This document shows positions 25,099 through 25,147 of a stretch of 25,147 bases of DNA, one piece after another. Both the position numbers and the translations under genes were made by a program. Each line of letters begins with the position of its first letter. The first letter of the stretch is position 1. A model generated the notes under the pieces. That model ran no database searches. It was given only the letters and a program-made list of their open reading frames with translations, and was not told where the DNA came from. Origin of the DNA: a virus (Duplodnaviria; Caudoviricetes); IMG/VR virus record IMGVR_UViG_3300038674_000629, positions 1 to 25,147 of that record. The stretch is one strand, 5' to 3'.

Positions 25099-25147
25099 AT
25101 GAAAACATATAACATACCATTACAATTCAATTCTCAACTTGAAGAAG
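25099..25147 (+). CDS. Start of a divergent ORF (MKTYNIPLQFNSQLEE...), possibly TnpB/Cas12f-like
   Basis: Open to the window edge. The N-terminal beta-strand pattern and the nearby IS605-like hairpin suggest tnpB, but only 16 codons are visible. Confidence 0.3.
   Translation, partial: MKTYNIPLQFNSQLEE

Noticed and set aside
1-25147. Stop-codon reassignment, as seen in some large phages
   Set aside because: All conserved genes are full length in code 11, and TAG and TGA end genes at tight junctions (3541, 17156, 20433, 23974, 9483).
1-25147. CRISPR array, tRNA genes or group I/II introns
   Set aside because: There is no repeat-spacer periodicity, intergenic gaps are too short and AT-rich for a cloverleaf, and all terminase insertions are in-frame inteins.

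Overview
This is an AT-rich, gene-dense segment of a large T4-like (myovirus/jumbo-type) dsDNA phage, almost entirely on the minus strand and read with the standard genetic code. The left half is a head-morphogenesis block: a partial acidic head protein, a gp20-like portal, a gp17-like large terminase split by four inteins (1224 of 1886 aa), a Pol-beta-type nucleotidyltransferase, a candidate small terminase, a gp55-like late sigma factor and an 861-aa HAD-domain protein. A two-gene plus-strand cassette follows. The right half is a replication, nucleotide and counter-defence block: an AEP-like protein, dUTPase, a Tad1-like nucleotide sponge with an extra N-terminal domain, an HD-like hydrolase, a gp41-like helicase, a zincin, a Holliday junction resolvase, a peptide deformylase, an NAD-dependent ligase and a TOPRIM primase lacking its zinc cysteines. 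The non-coding DNA is informative. It holds two sigma70 promoters, two recurring phage-specific upstream motifs (CTTATATA and AAGATA) and four intrinsic terminators. It also holds a 43-nt IS200/IS605-end-like hairpin lying exactly between the primase Shine-Dalgarno and its ATG. Family assignments come from motif recognition and recalled consensus sequences; no searches were run.
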